The translations under genes and the position numbers were made by a program. Below are positions 62,256-64,000 of a DNA stretch of 64,000 nucleotides, piece by piece. The DNA comes from Macrostomum lignano. Its lineage: Eukaryota. The stretch lies in contig NIVC01000788.1 of the NCBI GenBank assembly GCA_002269645.1, forward strand, positions 229,777-293,776, written 5' to 3'. Under the pieces are notes generated by a model. That model did no database searches and was not told the DNA's origin. It saw nothing but the letters and a program-made list of their open reading frames with translations. The first letter of the stretch is position 1, and the number at the start of each line of letters is the position of its first letter.

Positions 62256-62435
62256 TTGCGACAGGCTGCTCACAGGCTTCCGGCGAATATTGATTCTTAT
62301 ATCCTGCGAGAGAAACTTACCTATTTGTGTGTAAATTCTACTCTTGGCTCTAAACCGACGCATTATAGACCCGAGATTTATTGCTTTTGTCAGTAGCCTG
62401 TTGCGCAAATGCATAAAAAAATTTGTGGAACTTAC

Positions 62436-62660
62436 CCAGACTTGAATACTGTTAATGATGCGAGTGGCGCTCACTTTTTCTTTGTAACTTTTCCTATTAT
62501 TTTTAGAGTCTGTAGGCACTACTGGCAAGTAGTATTTATTCTGCATTTGAAGTAGTTCATTGCGAATCAGGTTTATCGAGCTCTCCTTGAATACTAGTAG
62601 AATCAAAGCCAGCAGGAGACCCACGTGCAGGAGTAAAATTGCGCTGAGCAGTATTGCGAA
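62436..62660 (-). CDS. Tetraspanin TM3 and start of large extracellular loop (225 nt)
   Basis: ccttccag|TTC GCA... gives FAILLSAILLLHVGLLLALILLVFKESSINLIRNELLQMQNKYY...RIINSIQVW, then |gtaagt. Phase 0-0. Confidence 0.92.
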
Positions 62661-62774
62661 CTGGAAGGATTGGGAGGCAAGGATGCTAGAATGGTGAGTT
62701 GCTTGCATAATTGATTGGGGAAATGTAATTTCAAATTAAAGCCATTTTTAGCTTGTAAGGGGGAGGCTGTGGGC

Positions 62775-63902
62775 GCTGACGGATCGGTGAGGTGACGGAT
62801 CGGTGAGGTGACGGATCAGTGAGGTGACGGATCGGTGAGGTGACGGATCAGTGAGGTGACGGATCAGTGAGGTGACGGATCAGTGAGGTGACGGATCAGT
62901 GAGGTGACGGATCAGTGAGGTGACGGATCAGGTTGGTGACGGATCGGTGAGGTGACGGATCAGTGAGGTGACGGATCAGGTTGGTGACGGATCGGTGAGG
63001 TGACGGATCAGTGAGGTGACGGATCAGGTTGGTGACGGATCGGTGAGGTGACGGATCGGTAAGGTGACGGATCAGTGAGGTGACGGATCAGGTTGGTGAC
63101 GGATCGGTAAGGTGACGGATCGGTGAGGTGACGGATCAGTGAGGTGACGGATCAGGTTGGTGACGGATCGGTGAGGTGACGGATCGGTAAGGTGACGGAT
63201 CAGTGAGGTGACGGATCAGGTTGGTGACGGATCGGTAAGGTGACGGATCGGTGAGGTGACGGATCAGTGAGGTGACGGATCAGTGAGGTGACGGATCAGG
63301 TTGGTGACGGATCGTGAGGTGACGGATCGTGAGGTGACGGATCAGTGAGGTGACGGATCAGTGAGGTGACGGATCAGGTTGGTGACGGATCAGTGAAGTG
63401 ACGGATCAGTGAGGTGACGGATCAGGTTGGTGACGGATCGGTGAGGTGACGGATCGGTGAGGTGACGGATCAGTGAGGTGACGGATCAGTGAGGTGACGG
63501 ATCAGTGAGGCGACGGATCGTGGTGAGGTAACGGATCAGTGAGGTAACGATCGGTTGGTGACGGATAAGTGAGGTGACGCGATCAGTGAGTGAGGTACGG
63601 ATCAGTAAGAGGTAACGATCGGGTGGTGACGGATAAGTGAGGTGACGGAACAGTGAGGTGACGGATCAGTGAGGTGACGGATCAGTGAGGTGACGGATCA
63701 GTGAGGTGACGGATCAGTGAGGTGACGGATCAGTGAGGTGACGGATCAGTGAGGTGACGGATCAGTGAGGTGACGGATCAGTGAGGTGACGGATCAGTGA
63801 GGTGACGGATCAGTGAGGTGACGGATCAGGTTGGTGACGGATCAGTGAGGTGACGGATCAGGTTGGTGACGGATCAGTGAGGTGACGGATCAGTGAGGTG
63901 AC
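62775..63902. repeat. 16/17-bp array GACGGATCAGTGAGGT with GACGGATCAGGTTGGT variant (~70 copies)
   Basis: Period read directly. Confidence 0.97.
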
Positions 63903-63923
63903 CCAAATCGCTGGGTCGCTCAC

Positions 63924-64000
63924 CAGCCGCAGCATTCATCTTCTCGTAGCAGGCGCTGATGCAGCCGAGGCCGCCCATTGCCACACCGACACTGCCAACG
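63924..64000 (-). CDS. Tetraspanin TM2 exon (partial, runs off window; apparent frameshift near its 3' end)
   Basis: VGSVGVAMGGLGCISACYEKMN is the tetraspanin TM2 G-C-x-x-A-x-x-E motif. Donor |gtgagc at 63923. Confidence 0.85.

Overview
Eukaryotic (metazoan) genomic DNA with spliced genes whose introns are packed with minisatellites and transposon debris. The GC-rich Ala/Gln-rich exons and satellite-filled introns suggest the flatworm Macrostomum lignano, but this is an inference and was not verified. Three protein-coding genes can be assembled by hand with consistent splice phases. (1) CASK/lin-2 on the minus strand: 8 exons from the ATG at 39556 down to 10938, encoding 400 codons (CaMK-like pseudokinase domain plus first L27 domain); the rest was not found and probably lies left of the window. 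(2) A complete Nck/dock adaptor on the plus strand (46515-53326, 3 exons, 531 aa, SH3-SH3-SH3-SH2), head-to-head with CASK. (3) A tetraspanin on the minus strand (5 exons, 64000 to 57576, 5' end outside the window), tail-to-tail with Nck. Non-genic content includes about 23 tandem arrays (units 4-69 bp), at least three tRNA-derived SINE families (one a CORE-SINE), a hAT-type MITE, a solo LTR, a foldback MITE and a decayed piggyBac/P-element transposase chimera. Most long ORFs in the supplied track are translations of tandem repeats. No bacterial, CRISPR or rRNA features were seen. The best leads are two phase-compatible alternative exons that could give kinase-less or hinge-inserted CASK, an inverted minisatellite pair inside a Nck intron, arrays that fill introns almost to the splice signals, the in-frame piggyBac-P fusion, and an AT-rich, CpG-poor, TAGGCCTA-rich island around the CASK 5' end.
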